Virus record (IMG/VR): IMGVR_UViG_3300007516_000001
DNA length: 64,000 nucleotides
Direction: 5' to 3' (one strand)
Source: a virus
In this document: positions 32,883-41,936 of the stretch, piece by piece
Numbering within the stretch: the first letter of the stretch is position 1
Layout of the letters: every line of letters starts with the position of its first letter
Translations under genes and position numbers: made by a program
The notes under the pieces: generated by a model
The model's database searches: none
What the model was told of the DNA's origin: nothing
What the model saw: the letters and a program-made list of their open reading frames with translations, nothing else

Positions 32883-34954
32883 TAGGCATAGGGTCACTAA
32901 GCAGGCTTAATATTGGTATTGCTGTCTCGTTAAGGGATAACTTTACCAATAGAGCGCGTACAATAAGAAATGAGCTGGGCCTCCTTTATGGAGATGCAGA
33001 TAGGGTAATGCGAAATAACAAGGCAGCCTTATCAACCCTAGCTAATGGGGCAATGCTTATGGGTGTGGGTATGTCCTACTTCACGTTTTCAGCGGTTAAA
33101 AAATTAGCCAACTTCGAGAAGTCTGCCTCATCCATGAAGGCCGCTATTGGAACTGATATGGATTTAGCCTTCGATAAACTCGAAAAAAGGATAAAGGACG
33201 TAGCCGTTGCAGGTAGGTATTCTCTTGAAGAAATAGCAAATGCGGGTACTCAAATAGCCAAAGCAGGTTTCAAAGCTTCTGACGTATATAATATGATTGG
33301 AGCTGCATCCGACTTAGGTACAGCAGGTGATATACCCATTGTAACCGCAGCAGATGCTCTTGGAAGAGTTTTGAACACCTATGACATGGCTGCAGGCTCT
33401 GCGGACAGGGTAGCAGATAAGATATCAATTGCAGCCAACAAATCCTCTGCTAGTGTAGAATCTCTACTTGAATCCTTAAAATATTCGGGTGATGTATTGA
33501 AGATGACTAATGTACCTTTTGAGGATGCCTTAGCCATCTTTGCTCGTTTGGGTTCAGCAGGTTTAAGGGGCTCTATTGCAGGTACTTCGGTTGCTAATAT
33601 GCTAAGGTATCTTAATAAGGCTACCACAGATATGGCAACTGGTAAACAGGATAAAGCCTTAGACAAGTTAGGCCTGGGTCGAAGTGACTTACTGGATGAC
33701 AATGGAAACCTGAAACAATTGATAGGTAAAGGAGGTCAAAAGGGCCTCTTAGATATCTTGGGTGAGAAACTAGCTAAAGTATCCCCTAACGAAGCTGCAG
33801 GTATTTCAGAGGCCTTAATGGGAGTAAGGGGTAATAGAGGATTTATACCTCTAATGGAAATTACGCAGAATGTAAGAAGCCTTAAAGACCTACATCAGAT
33901 AATATCCGAGGGCCCCCCGGGTAGTGCTAAGATGTTCTCAGAACAATTAATGGATAACCTTTGGGGTGATTTAGAGAAACTTCGAGAAAGTTGGACACTC
34001 CTAATGGTGGACTTTGCCAGCAATAAAGGAGTTAGAGGCTTAGTACAAGTAATAACTCAATTAGTTCAAGGACTAACATCAATATTGAATAGCCCCGTAG
34101 GGCGAGTATTTGGAACAATAGTTTTCTATGGAGGGCCCATATTATTATTGATGGGGGGTATGGTTAGGGGTATGATAGCCTTTTCTAATTTTACTATGAA
34201 ATCCCAACAGGGTATGTTGGGCTTACTCCAAACCACGAGAGCAATGAATGCTCAATCAAGAGCCTCATGGGCTATGATGGGTATGTCCAGTAATCCTGCT
34301 GCTGCTTTACATGCTCAAAACCTTAGGGTAAATTCTAGGAATAGATTATACATGGGTGCTGGAGGTGGTATGTTTAATGGTACACAACATGCTGGAGGTA
34401 GACTTGTACCTTCCGCAGGAATAAATCCAGCACACATACTGGGCCTACAGGCCATGCAAAATCAGACTGCTGCAACAACCAGTACAACCAGAGGTTTAAC
34501 GGGTATGATTGGAAGAATGGGGGGCGGCTTAGGGATGTTAACCGGAGCCTTCTCTTTAGTCCTTGCTGCAATGGGCCCTGTGAATGATATGATGAGCGGA
34601 AATATGGGAGGAGGTATTGGAGGTATCTTAGGAGGTTTACTCGGGTTTGCAATGGGTGGTCCAATGGGTGCAGTAATGGGAAGTATGATGGGCCAAGGTG
34701 TTGGGGGTATGTTTGATAGAAGGGGAGATGATGAATCTGCCACTTATAATATGCCAACACCTGCGCAGAAGGCTTTTTCAGTTGACCCCCAGGGTAGAAT
34801 GTATGCAAGCAGGTCAGGAGGCAATATCCAGCAACAAGGGAGTGGTTCTAGCGTCCAAAACAACATCAATGTTAACATAGATGGGGTTAATGCGTATCAA
34901 AATAACTACGAAAATGCCAACAACGAAAGTGTATACACCACATTAGGATATTAA
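32879..34954 (+). CDS. tail tape measure protein
   Basis: 691 aa ORF. N-terminal helical region typical of the TMP family. Gly/Met-rich hydrophobic C-terminal segment. Canonical position. Confidence 0.85.
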   Translation: MIGIGSLSRLNIGIAVSLRDNFTNRARTIRNELGLLYGDADRVMRNNKAALSTLANGAMLMGVGMSYFTFSAVKKLANFEKSASSMKAAIGTDMDLAFDKLEKRIKDVAVAGRYSLEEIANAGTQIAKAGFKASDVYNMIGAASDLGTAGDIPIVTAADALGRVLNTYDMAAGSADRVADKISIAANKSSASVESLLESLKYSGDVLKMTNVPFEDALAIFARLGSAGLRGSIAGTSVANMLRYLNKATTDMATGKQDKALDKLGLGRSDLLDDNGNLKQLIGKGGQKGLLDILGEKLAKVSPNEAAGISEALMGVRGNRGFIPLMEITQNVRSLKDLHQIISEGPPGSAKMFSEQLMDNLWGDLEKLRESWTLLMVDFASNKGVRGLVQVITQLVQGLTSILNSPVGRVFGTIVFYGGPILLLMGGMVRGMIAFSNFTMKSQQGMLGLLQTTRAMNAQSRASWAMMGMSSNPAAALHAQNLRVNSRNRLYMGAGGGMFNGTQHAGGRLVPSAGINPAHILGLQAMQNQTAATTSTTRGLTGMIGRMGGGLGMLTGAFSLVLAAMGPVNDMMSGNMGGGIGGILGGLLGFAMGGPMGAVMGSMMGQGVGGMFDRRGDDESATYNMPTPAQKAFSVDPQGRMYASRSGGNIQQQGSGSSVQNNINVNIDGVNAYQNNYENANNESVYTTLGY

Positions 34955-34956
34955 TC

Positions 34957-35418
34957 ATGGAGATAATTTTTACAGACCTCGAAACCCAAGAAACTTTAGT
35001 AGTTCAGTACGTACCCGAAAAGTTGAATTACGACCCGGACTCATCTATTATGGCTATTGCAACGTATGGAAGAAACAACCCAAGATACCACTTTACGGGT
35101 TCAGAAGATACCTTAACCTTTAGGTTAGACTGGCACGCAGAAGAGGAAGCCCGAAATGATGTAATCCGAAAATGTAGGTGGTTAGAATCAAAAACCAAGA
35201 ATGATGGATACGTTAAGGGCCTACCTAGAATCCAATTTGGGTTCGGAGATTTATTTGGGTTTGAAGAGGTTTGGTTAATTACGAATGCTAAGTATGAACT
35301 AAGCCTATTTGATAGGCCCGTGGGTATGTTACCCAAGCAGGCTTATCAAGACATTACTATGAAGAGAATTACTACCTCTAATCGTACAACCGAAGAAATT
35401 AAAAAATATACCCGATGA
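34957..35418 (+). CDS. hypothetical tail/baseplate protein
   Basis: 153 aa ORF between the tape-measure gene and the LysM-like gene. Confidence 0.4.
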   Translation: MEIIFTDLETQETLVVQYVPEKLNYDPDSSIMAIATYGRNNPRYHFTGSEDTLTFRLDWHAEEEARNDVIRKCRWLESKTKNDGYVKGLPRIQFGFGDLFGFEEVWLITNAKYELSLFDRPVGMLPKQAYQDITMKRITTSNRTTEEIKKYTR

Positions 35419-35714
35419 TAAACTTACCTATAAATAACCCATACTCAAGAGGTGTAGTTTATGCTCTTAATGAGAAAGAGGTATCTTTAGAATCTCTACC
35501 TACAAGATACAAACCCCTTCCGGATGATAAAGTACATGAAGTAATAAGTGGGGAACGCCTATGGGATTTGGCCTTCAAATTTTATGGAACAGCCAGATGG
35601 TGGTGGTTAATCTACAAAATCAATGAGGATAAAATTGATGACCCCTTTGAACTAACTGAGGGTATCTATTTACTTATACCGAACATAAACGCATTTGAAG
35701 TTCAGAACCAATGA
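35415..35714 (+). CDS. LysM-like tail protein (P2 gpX-like)
   Basis: 99 aa ORF. HEVISGERLWDLAFKFYGTARWWWLIYKIN fits a LysM-like motif. Position is as in P2. Confidence 0.55.
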   Translation: MINLPINNPYSRGVVYALNEKEVSLESLPTRYKPLPDDKVHEVISGERLWDLAFKFYGTARWWWLIYKINEDKIDDPFELTEGIYLLIPNINAFEVQNQ

Positions 35715-37474
35715 GTTATACGGAGAAGAATGGCTATGGCTCACCCTACGTAACCCTCTATTATGGAGGTGTAGAAATAACGCAACAGGTAAGTTTCTTT
35801 GTGATTAAGTACTCGGAGAAGAATGGAAACTCAATAGAGTTTGTAGTAGAATCAGAGAACCCCGATATAGTAGACGAGAAACCTTACCAGGAGCATGATA
35901 AAATAGAGATTATACATGGGTACTTGAATGGCCCGGCCTCTGCACCTCTCATCTATTATGTACGAGAAGTCCAACCCACTTTCTCCCCCACAGGTATTAA
36001 CCTAAGAATCACAGCCCTAGATAGGGCTTCATATTTAAAGGAAACATCATCTCTATTAAGAAACCCCAGCCAAGTAGATTCAGAAACTAGAAGATTGGCA
36101 ACACGGGCTGATATCCTTGCTCGATTAGAATATGAATATGGCATGAAGGTAAGAGTTCAAGGCCATACTCTGACGAATATATCGAATATGTTTGATGACA
36201 ACAATGAGGTACTACCTGCTTACCGTCAGTATCTATTCGATAAAACCTTTAATGAGAATAAAAAGACCTTGAAATATGATACTCCACTTATAGGCATAGC
36301 AATAAACGATGCTAACCAAAGTGTAGACCGACAATTAAATGACCTAGAAAAGCTATTACCCTTTCTTAGAGAAGAGGTAACTCCGGTACAGATATCAACT
36401 CAGAAGGATAACGTGGCTTTAAAACAAGTAATGAGAGGAGCTCCTGCCACTATCCAAATAACTTCAGAGGGTGATGACATTGATATTGCCTCTCGTAATT
36501 TTAATCAAAGCCCTAAGAGAACTTATAGGTACAAGGATGATAGTTCTTTTCTTGACTTTACCCCCGAATCTGAGAATCGAACACAGGGTTCAAAAGCCAC
36601 TAACATCAACATAACTATACCAGACCGAGAGGGTAAGAGTTATAAAAGAAATAACTTTACAGAAGCCGATGACAACTCTACCAGATTAGGCAGTATACTA
36701 CCGGCAGAAGTTAAAAGAAACTTCCGTTTAAACCGAGATGGCATCATGCAGAATACTGGAAATGTAACAGGAGGTTCTATACATCGTCCAAACGCAGGGG
36801 GTCCTTATGGTATTAGTGGTAATCAGTACCGAGAAGAACAGGGCTTAAACTTAAATGCTGGAACCTTTATGCAGGTTATTTCGGGAGAAGCAACAATGTC
36901 ATATTGGTACCAAGACCCATATTACGCACGGGAAATTATAGAGGATTTAGTAGTTCTTGAGGGAGCCCAAAAATTAACTACCCAATCAACCTCATACATA
37001 AAAGGAGGGGGTATACAGACTGCCGCAGTGGATGCTTTACAAGTTCAATTACCACCACCCAAAGCTCTGATGAGTGCAATGGATTTTATAGAAGCTACCG
37101 CAGACGCGTCAGAGAATGTTGCCGAGAATGATGCTTTGAATGATAGGAATAATGCGGCTATCGAAATGAACCCGGGTACGTTGAAAGTAATATATGACCC
37201 CGAACTAAAAAATAAGATTGTTATAAGGATTGAAAACGTGGGTAAAAAATACTCTCATAATTACTACGTAATAGATTGCGAACACTTTTTTCAAAAGGGC
37301 TCCTATGTATTTACCCAAATGAATGTAGGTACAAATGGAAAGGGTAAGACAGGTAATGAAAACGATGCTGTTACTACTGCCGAGTTCTTGCAAATGGACG
37401 TTAACAATATTACCCGAGAGAGGCGAGATAACGAAAGGAACGTAAAAATCGTAGACCCGAAAACAAATAAGTAA
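35711..37474 (+). CDS. baseplate hub/late control D-like protein (P2 gpD / Mu gp44-like)
   Basis: 587 aa ORF upstream of the spike gene. The N-terminal pattern resembles the gpD family. Confidence 0.5.
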   Translation: MSYTEKNGYGSPYVTLYYGGVEITQQVSFFVIKYSEKNGNSIEFVVESENPDIVDEKPYQEHDKIEIIHGYLNGPASAPLIYYVREVQPTFSPTGINLRITALDRASYLKETSSLLRNPSQVDSETRRLATRADILARLEYEYGMKVRVQGHTLTNISNMFDDNNEVLPAYRQYLFDKTFNENKKTLKYDTPLIGIAINDANQSVDRQLNDLEKLLPFLREEVTPVQISTQKDNVALKQVMRGAPATIQITSEGDDIDIASRNFNQSPKRTYRYKDDSSFLDFTPESENRTQGSKATNINITIPDREGKSYKRNNFTEADDNSTRLGSILPAEVKRNFRLNRDGIMQNTGNVTGGSIHRPNAGGPYGISGNQYREEQGLNLNAGTFMQVISGEATMSYWYQDPYYAREIIEDLVVLEGAQKLTTQSTSYIKGGGIQTAAVDALQVQLPPPKALMSAMDFIEATADASENVAENDALNDRNNAAIEMNPGTLKVIYDPELKNKIVIRIENVGKKYSHNYYVIDCEHFFQKGSYVFTQMNVGTNGKGKTGNENDAVTTAEFLQMDVNNITRERRDNERNVKIVDPKTNK

Positions 37475-38214
37475 TGAAAGCCATCATCAAGAAGTTAGAG
37501 AGCATAATTAGCCATGGTATTGAAAAAGCCTTCGGTAGGTATTATTCAAGCTATATGGGCTTTGTTGCATCTACTGAGGACCCTAAAAAATATGGAAGGA
37601 TTCAAATAATATTACCCTTTATCTCAGATGAACCCCTACAAAAATGGGCCTGGCAAAAAGGGAGGTATTCCGGTAAGAACTATGGTTCTTGGAATATACC
37701 CGAAAAGGGTTCTATGGTTTGGGTTGAATTTGAAAGGGGAGATTTGAATTACCCGATATGGGATTTTGGTTATCATGGCAAGGATGAACTCGAAGAAGAG
37801 TGGTCCAATGTAAATAACAAGTGGTTTAGAACTCCTGATGGGTTTCACATTATATGGAGAAAGGAAGAGAAGGAGTTAGAGATTAAGCTACCGGATGGCA
37901 ATTCTCTAGTAATTAACGAGGATATATCCTTAGTATCTAATAAAAAAATTAGTCTTGGCAAACTAGGGCAATCAGATGAACCCGCATTGCTAGGCAATAA
38001 AACCGAAAAAGTTTTAAAGGACATGAAAGATGCCCTGAGCGACATCAAGAGTCTATTAGCAGAGGTTGCAATACAAGATGCAGCAGCAGCCACAACTTAC
38101 GGATTTCAATTTCCAGCTAAGTATGCTTCTACTGCAATAGAATTGGGCCTTAAAATAACTTCGATAACCGCAGGTATAGAAGAGATTAAATCAAATAAAG
38201 TAACTCTCGACTAA
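37474..38214 (+). CDS. baseplate spike protein (gpV / gp5 OB-fold family)
   Basis: GFVASTEDPKKYGRIQIILPF...WAWQKG...GSWNIPEKGSMVWVEFERGDLNYPIW matches the Phage_base_V motif. Confidence 0.8.
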   Translation: MKAIIKKLESIISHGIEKAFGRYYSSYMGFVASTEDPKKYGRIQIILPFISDEPLQKWAWQKGRYSGKNYGSWNIPEKGSMVWVEFERGDLNYPIWDFGYHGKDELEEEWSNVNNKWFRTPDGFHIIWRKEEKELEIKLPDGNSLVINEDISLVSNKKISLGKLGQSDEPALLGNKTEKVLKDMKDALSDIKSLLAEVAIQDAAAATTYGFQFPAKYASTAIELGLKITSITAGIEEIKSNKVTLD

Positions 38215-38612
38215 TGGCAGAGCAAAACACAATCTTTGGAAAGGGCTTCATATTCCCTATCGAACTACTAAATGGAAGACCCATAATTGTAACCGATGAA
38301 GAATTAATCAAATCGAATATTAAAGGAGTATTAGCTTTTGAATATGGTACCCGATTCTTTCAACCTGAAATAGGCTCAAGATTAAAGAAGTTGCTAGCGG
38401 AACCCGCAGATGCGGTCTTAAAAAGAACCATGCTATTCTTTATAAAGGAAACAATAGACCGATGGGAGCCTAGAGTTTTAATCAATAGCACTAAGTCTTA
38501 CGTAAGCATTGACCGAGCCAAGGGTAAAGTTGATGTATTTCTATCCCTAGAAAATCGGAAAACGGGCCAAGACATATCTTTCATAATACCCTTCTACAAA
38601 AACACTATATAA
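38214..38612 (+). CDS. baseplate wedge protein (gpW / gp25 family)
   Basis: GKGFIFPIEL...IKSNIKGVLAFEYGTRFFQPEIGSRLKKLL...RWEPRV matches the GPW_gp25 signature. Confidence 0.85.
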   Translation: MAEQNTIFGKGFIFPIELLNGRPIIVTDEELIKSNIKGVLAFEYGTRFFQPEIGSRLKKLLAEPADAVLKRTMLFFIKETIDRWEPRVLINSTKSYVSIDRAKGKVDVFLSLENRKTGQDISFIIPFYKNTI

Positions 38613-38613
38613 G

Positions 38614-40332
38614 ATGCTTTTAGAAAACCCTTGGGTAGGTTACTTTGATAGAACCTACGCACAAATCAAACAGAAATTAGTAGATAGGCTAATATTTCAT
38701 GCGCCAGAGATAACCGACTTAAGTGAGGGTAACCCACTAATAGCCGGGCTATCTCATGTAGGGGGTATTTCGGAAGTTCTACATAGTTACCTTGACAATC
38801 TTGGTAGGGAATCATTTTTGGGAGTAGCCCGAAAATGGTCATCTATTGTAAGGCTATTAAAACCCCTTGACTACCCCATACAATTAGCTAGACCTGCCAG
38901 CGTAGAGGTATTTGTAGAGTTTCAAGATAGTAGTTCAAACCCTATTGCATCAAATGCCGATTACATATTACCCGCAGGAACCCAAATAAAGACCTCAAGT
39001 AATATTATATTCGTAACTGTTGCGGCTAAGTTAATACCCTCCGGCAATACCAGCATTCTATTAGACCTACAAAACCATACTTTACTCACAGACTTATCAA
39101 TGGGCTTCACTTCGGGCTTATCAGCTCAGTCAATACCCCTGGGTAATAACATAGTGAGAAACTCAATATCCTTATCACTTGGGTTGGAGCTTTGGGAAGA
39201 AGTAGATACCTTTGCATATTCAGGAACTACCTCACAACATTTTCTGGTAGATATAGATGAGGACAGAATTGCCAGGCTTTATTTTGGAGATGGTATTAAT
39301 GGACAAATACCTGCAGCAGGTCAGGAAGTTATTATTGACTTACTAACTACAATTGGAGCTGCTGGCAATGGATTATTACCCAATACAATTAACGCCTTTG
39401 TAACTTTACCCCCTATTCCGGGGGTATCCAAGTTTCTTATTACTCATGCTTTAAATAGCAATGGAGGTTCTAATTATGAAAGTTTCGATGAGGCAAGGAG
39501 AAGAGGTCCCCTATCAATCAGAACCCTTAGAAGATTTGTAACCTATCCCGATGGTTCTGATTTAGCAGTAATGTACCCTGGGGTATACTTCTCTAAATTA
39601 GAATTTTGTTGCGGTATAGATTCAGACATTCAAGTATATGTAGGCCCAACAGGAGGAGGCATAGCTTCTCAACAATTATTGGATGAAGTAAAAGATTACT
39701 TAGAATCCAAGCAGGTAATTGGAATGCCAAATGTTAAAACTAGACCCGCAGGAATATCTACCTGGGGTATATCAATAGATGCAACTGCTCGGTTTAGACA
39801 AAGACCCGAAGTATGTATGGGTAATATTCTAACTGCGATTAGAGAATATGGCTCCTATGAAAATTCGGGTGTAAACAAAGCTATTCGGGTATCCGACATT
39901 TTGGGCTTAGTGGATAACCTGAGAAGAATTGACTATGCAAATGTTACTGCTCTATACACTATACCTTATCCAAGACCCGTCAATCATGTTACACCTCTTA
40001 ACTTTCTACTTAACTCTATAACCCAAACCCACCCTATTCCTTTAGACTGGAGGGTAGAAACAAGTATTGGAGGTATGAGAATATTTAGGGGCAATGTATT
40101 TATAGGAACTTTCAACATCGGAGCAAACATAACCGATAACATACATGGAGTTGTTTTTACTATATTACCCGGGCCTTACTCAGTAGGAATGACTTGGACA
40201 TTCAAAACTATACCTGTAAATGTAGACCAAGTGCTTGTGGATTACAGCATACCGGTAATAGGAGAACCCCAAATATATATTAATGTTAACCCTGCTAAGG
40301 GGGATAACTGTAAACCTTGCTGTACTTGTTAA
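38614..40332 (+). CDS. baseplate J-like protein
   Basis: 572 aa ORF immediately after the gpW-like gene, in gpV-W-J-I order. Confidence 0.65.
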   Translation: MLLENPWVGYFDRTYAQIKQKLVDRLIFHAPEITDLSEGNPLIAGLSHVGGISEVLHSYLDNLGRESFLGVARKWSSIVRLLKPLDYPIQLARPASVEVFVEFQDSSSNPIASNADYILPAGTQIKTSSNIIFVTVAAKLIPSGNTSILLDLQNHTLLTDLSMGFTSGLSAQSIPLGNNIVRNSISLSLGLELWEEVDTFAYSGTTSQHFLVDIDEDRIARLYFGDGINGQIPAAGQEVIIDLLTTIGAAGNGLLPNTINAFVTLPPIPGVSKFLITHALNSNGGSNYESFDEARRRGPLSIRTLRRFVTYPDGSDLAVMYPGVYFSKLEFCCGIDSDIQVYVGPTGGGIASQQLLDEVKDYLESKQVIGMPNVKTRPAGISTWGISIDATARFRQRPEVCMGNILTAIREYGSYENSGVNKAIRVSDILGLVDNLRRIDYANVTALYTIPYPRPVNHVTPLNFLLNSITQTHPIPLDWRVETSIGGMRIFRGNVFIGTFNIGANITDNIHGVVFTILPGPYSVGMTWTFKTIPVNVDQVLVDYSIPVIGEPQIYINVNPAKGDNCKPCCTC

Positions 40333-40333
40333 G

Positions 40334-41425
40334 ATGGTAAATTTAACTAATTGGATATTCGAGCAGTTCCCTCTCTACTTTAGGCAAGAAGATACCTATA
40401 AGGATGAAACAGGGGCAGGGCTCCTGGAAAGATATCTTCGAGTGTTTGGGTCTTACTTACAAGAGGAGATAAAAGAACCTGCAGAGCAGTTTAATCTTAA
40501 CCTGAATCCCCTTACAGCCCATGAAGATTATATAAACCACCTAGCCTATACGATGGGCCAACCTCCTGACTTCTTTCAAACACCCGAAGAATACCGGAAG
40601 TTCCTAAGTATTATCGTGAGTATATATAAAATCAAGGGCACTTTACAATCCTACCAGATTCTATTTGGGTATCTTGGATTTGGAGTACAAATAGTTTACA
40701 CGCAACAATTGGGTGTACGTTATGATGGAGAACATAGTTATGATGAGTTTGGAGTAAACTATGATTCACTATGCCCCCCTTGCATTGGTTATTATTTAGG
40801 TCTAACCCAAGAAAATTCGTTATGCCTTCCTTTAGCAGATGGAGCAGTGTTCTCTTGGGACCTGAACAACTTTGAAACTACCAATCCTAATTGGGAAAAG
40901 ATTCTGTGCTTCATAGAACCCATCAATGTAAAAGCCGAGGGTATTATACCCCTAATAAACGTCTGCGAGCTATTCCAAGTATCTTTTTTAAGTTCTGTAC
41001 TGATAGAATATGTAGATTACACAAAATATGATACTACAGATACACCCTACGATGCCAGTATTGAATATGATACCGAGATACTAACAACTGCTTACAGTGT
41101 TAACACTCCAATCATAGATAACAATGCCTATTACCTGATGACGGGGGCAATCGGTTCTGCAACTACACCCATAGATTTTATCGGGGCTTTTAACAATGGT
41201 ATAATCATAGGAGCCTACGAAGCAGAATCTAATACACCTACCGGAAATAGTGTAGAGTATATTTTTGAAATACCCTTTGACCCTGACTACCCAACCATAG
41301 ATGAGTTAGTTTTAACCTCATCTCTTGCTGGAGAGTTTACAAGGATATCGGGCCTTACTATAATAAACCAAAACCAGTTATTAAGAATAACCTGGGTACT
41401 AAGTATAAACGACTGTGAAGAATAA
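40334..41425 (+). CDS. baseplate wedge/tail protein (P2 gpI / Mu gp48-like)
   Basis: ATG at 40334 (MVNLTNWIFEQFPLYFRQED), right after the J-like stop. The track start at 40283 overlaps by 50 nt. Confidence 0.5.
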   Translation: MVNLTNWIFEQFPLYFRQEDTYKDETGAGLLERYLRVFGSYLQEEIKEPAEQFNLNLNPLTAHEDYINHLAYTMGQPPDFFQTPEEYRKFLSIIVSIYKIKGTLQSYQILFGYLGFGVQIVYTQQLGVRYDGEHSYDEFGVNYDSLCPPCIGYYLGLTQENSLCLPLADGAVFSWDLNNFETTNPNWEKILCFIEPINVKAEGIIPLINVCELFQVSFLSSVLIEYVDYTKYDTTDTPYDASIEYDTEILTTAYSVNTPIIDNNAYYLMTGAIGSATTPIDFIGAFNNGIIIGAYEAESNTPTGNSVEYIFEIPFDPDYPTIDELVLTSSLAGEFTRISGLTIINQNQLLRITWVLSINDCEE

Positions 41426-41933
41426 CACAACCATGAAGAATACTAAAACCTTACAAGGGGAGGTAACTTGGGTGTTCATTGACAGAAAAACCAAAACCTT
41501 CAAATATCGTATACAACATAATGCCATCTTAGCCAACGCTAAGACAATATTATTATACGCGTTAACAGGCAATGGAGATAAGGTAGATGCTATTAAAGTG
41601 AACTACTCTGGCAATGATGTTACTGCTAATGTTATCCAAGTAAGCTACCCCTCATACAATCAAGTAACCTACAAAGCCTTAGTCGGAGAAGATGAGGCAG
41701 TAGGATTAATAACCGCATTGACTCTCAAAAGTAATACCATGGGAGATTTCTCTTGGATAAATGCCTTATCTGTAACGAAGCCTGCAGGTATAGAACTTTT
41801 AATCCACTGGAAAATAACCTTTATGCCCTGTGCAGGTATACTACCTCCAGTTCTTCAAGGTGCAGGTTTGTTATATCAATCTGGTGCAGGTGTACTGTAC
41901 CAAGCCGAAAATGGAATTTACCTCAATATATAA
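41415..41933 (+). CDS. hypothetical tail protein
   Basis: 172 aa ORF between the baseplate and fibre genes. Confidence 0.5.
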   Translation: MKNNTTMKNTKTLQGEVTWVFIDRKTKTFKYRIQHNAILANAKTILLYALTGNGDKVDAIKVNYSGNDVTANVIQVSYPSYNQVTYKALVGEDEAVGLITALTLKSNTMGDFSWINALSVTKPAGIELLIHWKITFMPCAGILPPVLQGAGLLYQSGAGVLYQAENGIYLNI

Positions 41934-41936
41934 GCT

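Noticed and set aside
34374-34808. Minus-strand ORFs 34374-34808 and 34462-34743 and + strand ORF 34698-34880 inside the tape-measure gene
   Set aside because: They are by-products of the Gly/Met-rich low-complexity coding region (GGN/ATG repeats). The translations are Pro-rich nonsense.
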